Shown here piece by piece: positions 37,117 through 50,215 of a stretch of 64,000 nt of DNA. Under the pieces are notes generated by a model, which worked only from the letters and a program-made list of their open reading frames with translations, was not told where the DNA came from and did not search any database. Numbering within the stretch: the first letter of the stretch is position 1; every line of letters begins with the position of its first letter. The translations under genes were made by a program, and so were the position numbers. Source of the DNA: Podarcis pityusensis (Eukaryota); NCBI GenBank assembly GCA_964106645.2, contig OZ067040.1, one strand, 5' to 3'.

Positions 37117-39396
37117 TGGTAGAACAATCCAGGAAGCAGCCATGCAGTGAAATGAGTTGCTGAAGTATATGCTTAACCTTCTGGAGGATAAATGACTCCC
37201 CAGACTGTGTGGATAAGTTGATCTGGTCAAATGGCCAAGTTAGCAGGTAATTTGCTTGTGCGTTAATACTATTTTAGCATTGGGCTGCTGTACCAGTCAC
37301 CTTCCAGTAGGAGACACTGTGGGGTCAGCCTCAGTAGGAAGAACAGAAACCCTAATCAAGTAATATGAGAAAAGTTTGGACTCTTTAGTGAAGTGAAGAC
37401 AGAGAAACCAGACTGTGTGTGGTATATGCTGACCTCTTGAACTGTGGATATGGAGAGGAGACTATCAGCCCTGCTAGAGTTCGCACAACTTTCAGGAGGC
37501 TATATTGCTTTCTCTTAGTACCAGCATCTTATGTGTGTTCAGCTCAGGGTCTCCCATGATTTTCCCTATCAAAGGCCACACACTAGGCCTGTTCGTGCCA
37601 AGAATGTGTGTCTGTATTGACACTTTTGGAGTCTGATGTTGCTACTCCTACACTGATCATAGGGTGTTCCCTCAAGGTGTGACCTTTTCTTTGGAACTGA
37701 TTCTTATGAGACAATTGTAACATGAACAAGAGCCAGTTAGAATTGCTGCTTTTGACTTTCTGACCACCCACAATTTGCCCAAATTATTGGAACTATGCCT
37801 ATATCTCTTGAGCTTTGCTTCTGTATGTAATAAACTGTCATACTGGGTTTTTGGATTCAAATTGTCAAGTACTTCAGGGGTCTGGTTTATCAAGAAATCT
37901 TGGCTACTCTTCGTGAAGGAGACTGTTCATTGTTTCTGAGGTGGTTTTACCGTCCCAGAGCAAACAAGGACAGGGGAGCCAAGAGTTTGTCGTGTCTTCT
38001 AGGGCATGTAATTATAGGCTTTTAATTTTACTTTTCGAAAGGGAGAAAAATATTTTCTCCCTTCAGTATGTGACTTAGTTCCTGCTTCATATCTTTTCTT
38101 TCAGTTTTGTTATAGGGCTCTTGATTCTGCGTTAATAGCTGCTGAAGCCTTGAGACAGGACCAGGTTATATTTAATACATAAATCAGATATGGTCTAAAT
38201 CTTGTTCTAGGGACTGATGAGCCTTAATGAAAGTAAAACCCTACCGCAAGAGGCCATTTTTAGGAAACCAGAAGAAAATTCAGTATAGTCAGACTTCGTA
38301 AAGCTCTATCTGCAACTATCTGGTGGAGGTTGCTTTGGGAAAGGAGACATATCCCAGCTTCCCTTTGTAAATGAGGGGAGGAAAGGTAAATGTATAGGTC
38401 TTTATGAATGAACTGTATGCAAAAACAACTTCAAAGCATGACAGTGAAATTTTCATGCAAGCTGAGAAATAAGGATACAAAGCCCTCCCCCCCGGTGTTT
38501 TCATAGCTAATCCTTTTTAAAGTTGACATTAGGGATTCACTGTTTCATAGCTCCCAGCTAGCTACCTGTGTGCTCCATTTAGTAGTGGATGGTCTGAATA
38601 TTTCTGAATACCCACTGATTGACTTTTACGAAGTAGTTTCTCATTGGCTGAAGAACTCTCATAGTTGAACCAGATGTTGAGATCTCAGTGATGGTCATCC
38701 TCAGAACTGCCAGTGCTCTTCTTGCATGCTGAATAACTTTTTTTTAATTACCTGATGCAGAGTCTGCCAGTCTGACCCTGCACAATTTGTGAAAATGTTG
38801 GAAGAATTTTTCACTGTCACTGTCAGAGCATGATGCCTATCCCAGAATTAAATTGTTATCCTACCATGTGTCCCAATGCATGCCATGGTCAATACAGGAT
38901 ATAGTGGTTTTGAATCCAAATTCAGATGTTATCAAGTTGCATTATTGGAAACTGCAGCAACAAAAATAAGTGCAGACAATAAACTGCCAGTGGATTGTAA
39001 AGGAGATTCACTAATTTGAACAACTAAGTAAGAGAAGCCTTTGGAAGCTGTCATGAGGGTTTTTTTATTTGTTATTTTTGTCCTGCTTTGTATGCTATTT
39101 ATGAATTGGTAGCTTACTTTGCACATTGTATGTATGTTTCAGACATGTCCCTCTTATTTGTACTGTATGCAATGACCTATGGCAACAAGCAAACATTTAT
39201 TGTACCAACAGAACATGTGTGCCTTAGTCTTTGAGGTCAGCATGAAAATTTCAGTTTATATCTAGCATATTTGCAAGTTGTTTTGGCATTGTATTCAGCA
39301 ACGTATTATTCTATTGCAATAGTACCTGACAGAGATCACTGTTACTAGATTGGAAAGCTGAGATGAGAGATGAGAGATGAGTACATGGAGAACAGT

Positions 39397-39600
39397 TACA
39401 GATAGGTAGCCGTGTTGGTCTGCCATAATCAAAATAAAAAAAATCCTTCCAGTAGCACCTTTAAGACCAACTAAGTTAGTTCTTGGTATGAGCTTTCGTG
39501 TGCAAGCTATCTGAAGAAGTGTGCTTGCACACGAAAGCTCATACCAAGAACTAACTTAGTTGGTCTTAAAGGTGCTACTGGAAGGATTTTTTTTTATTTT
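39397..39600. mobile_element. Penelope-like element terminal fragment with inverted arms
   Basis: ~78-bp near-perfect inverted arms (39430-39507 / 39523-39601); flanked by 16-bp direct repeat GTACATGGAGAACAGT (39381-39396, 39601-39616). Confidence 0.8.
39508..39543 (+). ncRNA. Minimal type I hammerhead ribozyme core
   Basis: TAT-CTGAAGA-A-GTGTG(CTTG)CACAC-GAAA-GCTC-ATA: CUGANGA box, stem II, GAAA, palindromic AGCU stem III, CUC site, 3-bp stem I. Confidence 0.72.
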
Positions 39601-40849
39601 GTACATGGAGAACAGTAATGCAAAAGAGAGCTTCAGTGTGACTCATTGGGTAATTTTTAGATATAGACATGGAAGACCTTGTTTCAAATCAAAGTTCAGC
39701 CATGGACTCATGCATTCAGTTTCTATCCACAAAGTAGGAAAAATAATAATCTACTTAACAGGATGAAAGTAAATGCTTTGAAGTAAGTCATGCTATACAT
39801 CTGAAATGAATAATAAAAATTAATCATGTACTCTGGCATGATGTAAAGGAAATAAAAGAAGCAGCCATCTTATGAGCACAGGTCTATGCTTTCTGGACGG
39901 GGCTGCCATACCACCACCCTGCCCCTCCTTTTTTATTTCTGATGGTGAGAAAGGAAAGGTTGGGGTCAAGTTTATGTACATGATACAAACCGGATAAGCT
40001 GTAATGAAATTCCCATCAAAAGCCTACCCACATTGACCTAGGGCATCTCTTTCCCCTTGTTGTGGGAAAAGGTTCTCAATCCACATCCTTCTCCCTGCTG
40101 TGTGTGTTGAATTATTAGTTGGAGGACTAATTGCCCTTGTTCAGGTTTGCCTCCTGCCCCAGCTTTTTTGGAGTGTGGCCAATTAAGGTGCTTCTGCCCC
40201 AGCACTCTTGTCACATTTCATCTCATTTCAGTTTTGATCCCTGTAGTTCTGGAACTAATCTTTATATGTTTCCCATACATGTGCACTTCCTCCTACCAGA
40301 ATTGCTGTTTTTTGTTTTTTAAAAAATATTCCTTTCTTAATAAATACTGAATTTGTACAATTCTATCCATACCCATCTCAACAAAATCTATCATATGTCT
40401 GATTCAGATGTAACGGGAAACCATGGTTTCTTATAACTCCCATGAGCTATGGCAAGCCTTGAGCTGTGTGCTCCCTTCTCCTCTTGCATGCCAGAAGGGG
40501 ACAGAAGTTACAACTTCTAACTTTAAACTAACCAGTTTTCTGCAGTGTCCACAGTTGGGGTAACTGATTTGCCTAAACCGGGGTGGGAATCCATTTTCAG
40601 CCTGAGGGCCACGTGTGAATGGCTTGTATAGGTACCCCTCCCTCCTTCATCCAGGAAGCAAGATGTATCACCACAGTTCAAGAACAGGCACCTTGCAGAA
40701 GGTTTGGGGCTTGGAGTAGGCAAGCAACTGCTGGAGGGTTGAATAAAGAGGACTGGAAGGCTGCATTCAGCCCATGGGTGTGAGGAACATAAGACGCCAT
40801 CTTACACTGAGTCAGACCACTGGTCTATTTTCCACAGTATTATCTACAC

Positions 40850-40985
40850 CAGGGGTTTCCAAACTTGGATCTCTAGCTGTTTTTGGACTACAGTTCCCAT
40901 CATCCCTGACCACTGGTCCTGCTAGCTAGGGATGATGGACGTTGTAGTCCAAAAACAGCTGGAGACCCAAGTTTGGTAAACCCTG
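40850..40985. mobile_element. Palindromic hAT MITE
   Basis: CAGGGGTTTCCAAACTTGG / CCAAGTTTGGTAAACCCTG; TSD ATCTACAC/GTCTACAC. Confidence 0.85.
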
Positions 40986-43900
40986 GTCTACACTGACTCA
41001 TAGCTGGTCTCTATGGTTTCAGGTGAGGGACATTCCCAGCTGTGCCTGGAGATGCCAGGGATTCTTCTCCATCCTGTTAGTCATCTGTTTATCCCAAACT
41101 TCTCAGTGCATCCCCCCCATCACTTTTCAAACCACAAAAAGTCTCATTAGGTTTTTTTTTAAAGTGGATTAGTTGTCCTAGGACAAAGAACTTTAACCCA
41201 CTCTTAACTGTTCAAACCTAAAGTTCTGGTATACCTCTGAATCCCTCCCACAAAACAGTGATAGTCTGGAGGTACCCTCAGAAGGGAAAGCGACCGATCC
41301 CCTTCTTGTGGGGACAAAAGAGTGGGTTGGAACTGCACAGGGGGAGCAAAGAGGGGATCATTCCACCTGGCAAGTCAAAATGCTTGCCTAATGTTTAATG
41401 TTGGCAAGAACATGTTGGGGGAAATGGGAGTAGTTAAAAATCAAAGTGCAACTGTATATATGGATGCGAGAGAAGTGACGTAGTTAATTCTGTTGCAGTT
41501 GTTTTAGCAGGAGAACAAGGAGCAGAAAAGGATGTATGCGAACACAGCCATAGTCATACGATGCTTTGTGAATAGTATCACCTAGATATAATAGAGGTGT
41601 CACTGTTTTTGTTTCCCTAATGCGACCTTTTGGAACAGGCAGCTTTTACCAGCATTGAAAACTGCTTCTTCCCATCCCCACCCCTGTTCTTTGAAATACA
41701 TCCAAAACAGGAGTGTTATGGAAGAGTAGATTTGAAGTGGATCAGCTCTGTTGTTTTAAGGGCCTCTCATTTTACAGTTAGTAGATCAAGCGTCTCCATT
41801 GCCTGCATATCACAGAGGGCCCAGGTCAGAGCCCAGACAGACATGGGGGATGAGAGTGGATACAGTGGCAGGCTGGAGAGAAAGCAGAAGCCGAGGGGAG
41901 GGAGGTTGACGTTTAAAACACAGGCACTAGGGTCCTGGCAGTTGACAGAGGGCCATCGAGGAGTCAGTGGCTGGTTGAGCAGACAAGCTTTCGGAGCAGT
42001 GTCTTGTTTGGGAAATGGTTAAGCTCCTCCTCAGCATTCCCACCCGTATTTGGCAGGGTGAAGGTTGCAGCCTGCTCCAGAGGGAGAATGGGAAGCTCCA
42101 GATCTTCATCCAAAGGATATTTTTCCCAGGCTCTTTCCTCCCACACAGACCTGACAGGCATTTTTTTTCAGTCCAGACAGTATTTGGCTTAAGCTAGTTC
42201 TGGCGGGTGCAGCTTAAAAAGCAAATTATGGGGTCTATAGTTATTTGAAAAAATAACACAGTAACTGTGCAAAGCTTTTCTCATGAACGTGCCATATGCC
42301 GGATCTCTGATCCTTAGTGAATGTCATCTTCACTGCTGCTGAAATACTGTTGGAGCCACACCTCCTTGTTCACTGCCTCAGCTGGTGTCTTGTGCTTGCT
42401 GCTACGTGCTGAGCTCTGCCCACCAAAGTTTCTGACTGGGATATTGACAACAGAGGCAAGAAAAGTATCCCCTTCAACCATAGATAACATTTATGTGCTT
42501 ATTTAAAATAAAAGTTGTGCGGCTACAGGAAATAAAAAAGCGTTAATTTTGGTTATAATCCAGCTAAATTGTGATTAAGTCTTTTTGAAAGTTGCAACTC
42601 ACTTGTTCCTTTGGTTTCATTGGAAATGGAGTGCAATCTTACAAATGTTTATTTGGAAGTAAGCCCCACTGTGTTCAGCGAGGCTTCCTCCTGTTAAGCC
42701 CAATCCTAAACATACTAGGGAGTAAACCTCACTGAATGCAGTTGGGCTTAATCCTGCAAAAACATGCATAGCATTATGCTCTCAGTCATGCTTAATTTTT
42801 TTGTTAACTCATTATGAGAACAAGATACATTATGTAGCATTAGTTGACAATTCTGTTACATCCTAGGGTATGAGTTTCTGTTGTACGTAATACCAAAAAA
42901 GCTCATTGAGATTCTACTGTATGTAACGGATCATAATTCTGAATCTGAATTTAATACTTAATTTTCTTATAGGATAATTTATATCCTGTAACTTCTGCCC
43001 TAAAAAAGGCCATCAGATAGATCTCCCAAGTATTCTGTTAGAACAGCCATGCTACTAAACGCCTAGTCCTTTACTGTACTATGCTGCAGGGTTGTTTTTT
43101 ACCTGCCTGCCTGCTTTTTCCCCCACAGCGTCCTCTTGTGAATAAAAAGCAAGTAAAAAATAATACTAACTAGCAGGCTAGAGGAAGTATAGCAGCTACT
43201 ATACTTCCTCCTCTACTCCCCATCGGTCTGTCCATTTTCTCCCCTGCTCCATTACTGGAGATCCTCATAGAAAAGGGCTCCTTTTTCTTTTTCATAGGAA
43301 AGGGCAATTGGAGCCAGCTCCAGCTTCTGTCTCCATTTGCTGGAGCGTATCTTGGCCTCAAAGAGCAGGCACAGACAGAGCCGGCTCAATGATACTTGTG
43401 CAGAAGCTGACTGGGCTGGCGAAGCAGGGCCCCTGCTTCATCAGCCTGATCATTTGCCTTGAAAAAATTCCATGCATTTGCCTCTGTGAAATTCCTGGGC
43501 GCCAATGGTGATCAGATGAATGGTTAATACAATTCTGTATTAAAAACAATAATCCTGCCTTGCAAAATTACAAACAGACAAGAACTCAAAAAATCATTGT
43601 CTTCCGTGAGTTGAATTGAATTGAGGCATTTAGTGTTTTTAGCGCCCCAACTTTGTGTTTTGCTATGTAATTTTGTGTAACAAAATAGGTAAGAGGTTCT
43701 GTGAATAAATTGCACCTTAATTCACAGTCTGATCTCTTCATGGAAGAAATTTTATAGAATTGAGAACGTAGCACAAATGTTCCCAATTTCACCTCCGTCT
43801 CAATTGTGTGAAGCAATGTGTTCATTACAACTAAAATGGTGGCGTGCGCAGAGAGTGACTCATTTGGGATAGTCCGAGTCTCAATTCAGCTGCTCAAAAC

Positions 43901-46037
43901 AGGAGAAATGGGACATTGTGGTGGGTCTGAAGTTTGATTGGCAGGTAACAAGGGGAAAAGCAGTGCTCTTTTACGCAGTCCTCTTGTTGGAAAGGCAGCT
44001 GCTTTGTGCAACAGCTGCAATTTCTGAATGGCCTTTAATGGCAGTCCCAAAGAGGATGTCCCAAGGAAAGTGTGTCAAGGAAATCAATATAGGAAAATAT
44101 GGCTTGTTGGCTGGGGTTGTTGTGGAGAAGATGCATCAGATTGGCCTTCAGAAAAGAACGGAGAGCACCCCTGCCCATTGCTGCTCTTCCAAGTGTCTCT
44201 GATATTTATCTTAAAGCTAAGTTGGGATAATGTATGTAGCTAACACACCTTTCAGTCTTCTTGCTTCCTGAACATTTCTTTTGCTATATGTACATGTAGC
44301 ATCAAGCATTTGCCAAAGCTGACAAGCAGCTTTTCTGAATTAGCTCTGTCATCAAGTGAGGATTATCATCTGTGAGTCTTTTTCCTTTCATTGCAGTATT
44401 TTGATGGTTTTAGGTTACTGTCTCCCCCAAACATCTTCTAGCCTCATGGAACCAAATCTGCTTTAATACTCTTGCTTCTCAGGCTGTCATTTCAGGAACT
44501 GAAATACTCAGCAAGCCATTGAGCAGCTGATTATAGTAGAAGGTTCATTTTCACATTGTCTCTTAACCTTCTCAGCAGCACCAAAGCATAATTAATATTG
44601 AAGCTAATCCCTTTACTGCCCCAGTGCACACTTCCTCCAAAGGTGGAGGCAAATTAAGACTCCCAAGGAAAATTAACTCTTCTATAAACTACTTCCGAGC
44701 TGGAAGCTCTGTTAAGTTTCTCTGTCATTCACTTTCCTCTTGCTTTCTTTTCCTTAGCTTGTCCATTGGCCAAATTTCCTTCCTGATACAGGCAATCGGA
44801 AAATGTGTCCCAAAGTTGCATTTTAGCCTCAGGGTAATAGTTTCTCAAGTCCCAAATCAAAACATTGATTTGGTGCATTGATTTCAGTTGATCTATGCAG
44901 TGTATGACTAATGTTGGCTATTGACAATTAGGATAGCTAGTCCACATGTAGTCTTGCTTCAGGTGGAGCGCGCGCACACACACACACACACACACGATGA
45001 AGAGCTGCACGCTTAGTCACTGCCCCTAAAATGCCTCATGCAATAGCTGGGGCTCACACCTATCGATGGAGCTGGGGGAAAATGAACAGCTATTGGCTCC
45101 CATTTCCTAAACAATTTGGTATTATCAATCTGACTGGAGCTGCACATAGTTTTGAGTATCAGCAACTTTGCATGTAGAAACTTCCATTAATTAATTTATT
45201 TATTTGTACTATGTTTTTCTACATGCTGGAAGCTGCCCAGAGTGGCTGGGGCAACCCAGTCAGGTGGGCGGGGTACAAATAAATTATTATTATTAGTAAG
45301 CCAATGTGCACCTCATGCTGCTGGTGGTTTGCCCCTGAAGGCTTTTGCCCCTAGAAATCAAATAGGCTGTAAGGTGCAATGCTTGTCCTTTTGGAGCTTC
45401 TCTTTGGAATAAATCTGATTACAGTACACCTTCCTGATATTATGGGAAGGGCCTTAGCTCAATGGTAACCTGTTCTGCATGCAGACGGTCCTGCCTTCAA
45501 TCAGACATCCCTAGGTAAGGCTGGGAAAGACTCTAAGTTGTATCCAACTAAGTCTTACTAAGAGAATCACAGCAAGTCTTGGAATGAAAAGGCAGAGCAC
45601 AGAATTCTAGAATTGCAAAATAAGTCATCTAGAGAGGTTACTTACCAATGCTGATATAATAGAGAAGCTGAACGTCGCTCATTAGCAGACCTTGATTATG
45701 TCTTCAGCCTCAGGACTTAATGATAAAAAGGTTATCGTATGATAACTGGATCTTACTAGCATTATTTGCTTGTTATTTTGTGGACCTGGGACCTCATGCT
45801 GGAGTTAACACTCTTCACATACAAAGGTAGCAGCTACATGAGGGGGTAATACACAGTTACATTGGTGTGTTTACTTGTGTGATTAACTGAGCCAAGAATA
45901 CAGTAGTCTGTACTACAGCTAAGTCAAGCTTGTTCTAGTGCCAGTGTTCACTGAACACATGTGATCCTAGTTTGGCTTATCACAGAAAAGCTGTCTTTGT
46001 CAATTAGGATGAAATCCAGCATCCTATTCTTATGCAG

Positions 46038-46198
46038 GGTCCTGGAGCATCCAGTTTGAGAGGGGAGGCAGAGTGGTAGTACTACGAAGTTTGCTCTGGC
46101 CTGGACTCACATTCTACCATGTCCCCAATACTAAACAACATGGCTACATCTACTTTGGCAACGCAGAGAAGAACCTGGACCTGCCCTTCATGCTATGA
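46038..46198 (+). CDS. RSPH9: RSPH9 coding exon 5 (terminal, TGA 46196-46198)
   Basis: tatgcag|; GSWSIQFERGGRVVVLRSLLWPGLTFYHVPNTKQHGYIYFGNAEKNLDLPFML*; the five exons sum to 825 nt = 274 aa + stop; missed by the ORF track. Confidence 0.97.
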
Positions 46199-48459
46199 AT
46201 AATAGCACGAGGCCGAAAATGGAAGAGATGCCTTGTACTAATTTTGTATTTGAAACTGGGTATGTCTTTTTGCTTTAATAGATCAGCATGAAATCAGTCT
46301 AATGTGTTAGTGAGACCATATTTTAAAATATTAAGCAGATCAGCTGTGTGCCATCTAGCCTGTAAGCCAGCTGTATGTCATCTACTCTTTCCCTCTAAAT
46401 TATAAGTCAGTCTCCTTAGAGTGCAGCAAGACCAGTACCAGAAGCATTATTGTTTGTTCACTTTTGTTTTACTTTGTATTTATGTACTTAAACATTGATT
46501 TGGCAGGGTTTGTTTTGGTAATACTGATTTATTCTGCATTTGTTGAATTTTGATTTTTGTCATTTGAATTTATTAACATGCTCTGTAATTTGTATGTTTG
46601 TATTTTCAATGTTTTGATTTTTTTGAATGTTTGGTGTGAGCGGCTTTGGGCACAGCTCATTGTGGAAAAGCCGCATATAAGTAAACCAAATCATCAGTAA
46701 ACACCTTTTGATAAATTACCATATGCACTTGCCATATGTACTCATTCCCTGCAGGGCTCATATTCTGTCTCCATTACTTTACAAAGGAACTAGAAATAAG
46801 AGACCTCCTAGGATTAGGAAATCAGGAATCCTAATTGTCGGTTTGCTATCCAGGCACATGAGCTATGTAAACACAGAAAATGAAATTGTTTTGTGGTATA
46901 AAGTGTTACAGATGCATAGTCTACAAGTCTAGTAGGACACACAAGTAATTTCTGGTTTGACTATTTGCTCTGGACTCCAACTTTCCCTTTAATTATGCAC
47001 ATTTTCTAAACACACATCACTTTTCCAATTGCACCAACAAAATCAGGCTGTAGTACAATCATTCTTCGTGTACAGTACTTCAGCACTTGATACTTTATGG
47101 ACATTATTTTTGCTTTCATTATACATTATATTGGGCTGACTGCACATATTCACAGATTCCATAAGTTGCATGTATTTCTGAGATGTAATTGTGTGTGAAA
47201 ATGAAGTGTAGAATGCACACGTCCTCTCTAGAAGGTTTCACTTGCAGCATAAAAAAGCCATTACAAAAATACCATTCTCTCCAGTGGCTCTTTTAGGAAT
47301 GTTGCTGTGTCTGATGACTTTGGTTAATAGGTTCAGGTAGGGAGGGATTACTGTGAGCTGGTAGATCTAAAAGACTGCTGGCCAGTGCCTCAAAATAGTG
47401 GCTGCAATAAAACAAGCATTAGAGCTGAGCAGCAGAAAGAATTAAGCATATTTTTTTGACCCAGAGCATTTCCCCAGCATAGAAACTAAAGTAGCCTGTA
47501 GAGGAAGTGACAACTACAGTTGTGTGATACTAGTTGCCTCACTTCTATCCAGGCTTCCCCCCATCATCACCATTTAAGGCTCCCTTGTGCATGTTTCCCA
47601 GTAACCTGGCTATAGCAGTACTCCCCCAATCTACCTCATCACCTTGAAATACTCAAAATTTTACAGGACAAAAAGTATGCAAATCATAGGCTACAGATGA
47701 AAGGGGGCATACAAAATTAAGTTGTTTGATTTTGTCTATACTGGTTGCAGGCTGTACTGTTCCCAGAATCTCCTTTTGGTTTCACAAATATTAATCTCAT
47801 TTTTGTCCTCAAGATCATAAGCTTTTCTCTCAAGGCTGAAGTGGACCTATATAACTGATCAGAAGACTGAAGCTGAATGTGTATTTATTGCATCTGTGGG
47901 GAACTACTTTGCGGTAAATATTCTTCCTAAGTTTACACATGGCACTCCTGTAGGATTTTATGTGTGGGGGGGGGGGACGGGGACAGGACAATGGGATTTT
48001 TATTCTGCTTTAATTGTCTTCCTCCCATCAGCATCATGAGCAGTAATAGACACCAGCTATTGATGTCAATTAAGGACATCACTACGGAAGGGGGGAAATC
48101 CACTTGAGCAGCGAGTTACAAATTCTTTCTCTATGGTACACGTTCAAGAGGTAGAAGCTACCCAAAGAACTGAAACAGTACACAGCACTAGGAGTCGACT
48201 CAAGAGTTTAATTGGGATTTAAATAAAGGAAGATAAAAGTTTTGTTATCCTGAAGCAACATCTATTGCATCTTTCAGTTAAATGACAATTCTACTTAGCC
48301 ATTAAGTTGCCTCTTTTCTGAAAATTCCTGTATGCTTCCGGAGGAAAAATGTTCATTTGGCTCTTTCCAGAGCACCAGACATAAAAATACCTGTAATGGA
48401 TTGACAAATACTGAGCCACAGCTATTGTAATTTGCTGTCAACACTAGCTCTACACCATC

Positions 48460-48604
48460 CTAGTGGTTAAAACGAAGAGGTTTTGACCCATAAGTAACAT
48501 TATCACGGAGTATAGGGTGCGATATAGGCATGGGAACCTTGCACCACTTGTGTCCCTTGTTCCAAATGGGCCGCACAGATTTGATAGAGTATCGGGTAAG
48601 GTAC
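48460..48604 (-). CDS. MRPS18A: MRPS18A terminal exon (TAG 48460-48462)
   Basis: ttcacag|(R)YLTRYSIKSVRPIWNKGHKWCKVPMPISHPILRDNVTYGSKPLRFNH*; resembles the MRPS18A C-terminus. Confidence 0.95.
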
Positions 48605-49424
48605 CTGTGAAGAGAAGCAGAAAAGAGGTCATGAGTGACACTCACAATTGAGAAAAGGTCTGACATCAAGGGGTTCTCGGTTTCATTTGTACAAGAGTGA
48701 ATGCTGGGGCACTATGAAGCATAGTGCAACAATCTTGGTGTCTTATTCTAATGGGTTTTTAACAAAAAGAAACTGAACATCTTGGAGCAAGTGGGCTGCA
48801 TCTCTTAGTTGTGACAGTGGGTGCAACTCACTGAAGCTGCACAGACCCAGAGCTGCTTGACTCAGCAGCAAGGACTTTGGCAAGGACCAGTGTAGCCTAT
48901 GACAGGATAAATGCAGCTCCTGTTCCCCTTCCCTACTAGCTGTTGTTATACAAGACCGGCTTGGAGCATGTACAGTGTTTCTGAATCATGATCACTCACC
49001 CTCTTCTCCATTTCAATATTTAAAATAGATCAGATACAGACTTAAGCCTCTGGCAGGTTCCAATTCTGACTGGCTATAGCTGGATGTCAGGTTTTTTTGA
49101 CTGCATCAAAGGCCAGTTTCAAATGTATTCCTCCCGTTTCATCTTTTTGGGAAGACCCCAAGCTCTACAGAGTCATAAGCTGCAGGCACAAGGCAACTAC
49201 ATAATAGGCCAGATTCATTAGAGAGTCTCCAAAGGAATTAAGTCTATTTTCCTAAGAAACTAGGTTAAGTTTTCTTTCTGCTTGGGAATAAGAATTTGGC
49301 AGGATAACGTATTTTCACACATGCCTATAAGAGACTATAGTGAGGCTCTTGTAGGATTCTGTTTGATTTGCTAGTGTTGGAAACAGAATCTGCAAAACAA
49401 AGAGATGCAGCTTGAAAACTGATG

Positions 49425-50215
49425 TTATGTGAGTCTGGTTGGCAGTGTCTGTCAGCACCCTGGAAGCAGCATTCTGCACCAATTTCAGCCTCCATTTTCA
49501 AGGGCAGTCCCACATAAAGTATATTGCAATAGCCAAATCTGGAGGTTAACAAAGGGTGGATTTCTGTAGCCATGCTTTCTCTGCTCAGGAATGGACACAG
49601 TTGGCAAGTCAGCCATATAGCTGAATGCAGGCAATCCTTGTCATTGTGGCCACCTGGCCTCCAAGTATAAATGTAGATCAAGGAGCACCCCATTTACTCT
49701 TTCAAGGGGAGTGTAACCGTATCCAGAACAGATTGTCTTTACAACTTCTGGACCCCAGAACAGAAGTCCCCCATTGCTATTGGAAATTGTCCTGGAACAT
49801 TACCACTGTAATACTGAGCCTCCAATGCCCAACCCTCAGAGCTGTTTCAAGAGGTCAATTGTATCAAAGGCTGCTGAGAGATCAAAGAGAATCAACAGGG
49901 TTGCACTCTACTTGTCTCTTCCCCAACAAAGGTGAACAGTTAGGGCTACCAAGAAAGTCTTGGCACTAATTCTAGCCGTGAATCCAATCCAGACAGAAAT
50001 GGGTCTAGAAAATGTGTCCTCCAAGCATGTGTGAAGCTGAGCCACCACCACCGTCTCCAGAACCCTGCCACAAAAGGGGATGTTAGCAACTGGGTGAGTC
50101 GTCCAACACTTCAGGGTGCAGAAAGGACCTCTTAAGCAGGGAGCAACCCCTGCCCAACCATTTAAAACAGCCTGACACATCAACTCAGGAGGCATTTACC
50201 ACTCCCAGCACCCAC
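49425..50215 (-). mobile_element. L2-clade LINE RT fragment
   Basis: Minus-strand fragments PVANIPFCGRVLETVVVAQL, DLSAAFDTID, TSRFGYCNILYVGLPLK. Confidence 0.8.

Noticed and set aside
39430-39601. Long hairpin as a pre-miRNA gene
   Set aside because: Better explained as a Penelope inverted terminal structure with TSD
42630-42780. Cluster of short GCAATCCTA..GGGAGTAAG..ACTTAC hairpin motifs (also ~14410, ~20520, ~29690)
   Set aside because: Appears to be a common, old dispersed short repeat; boundaries and TSDs could not be defined
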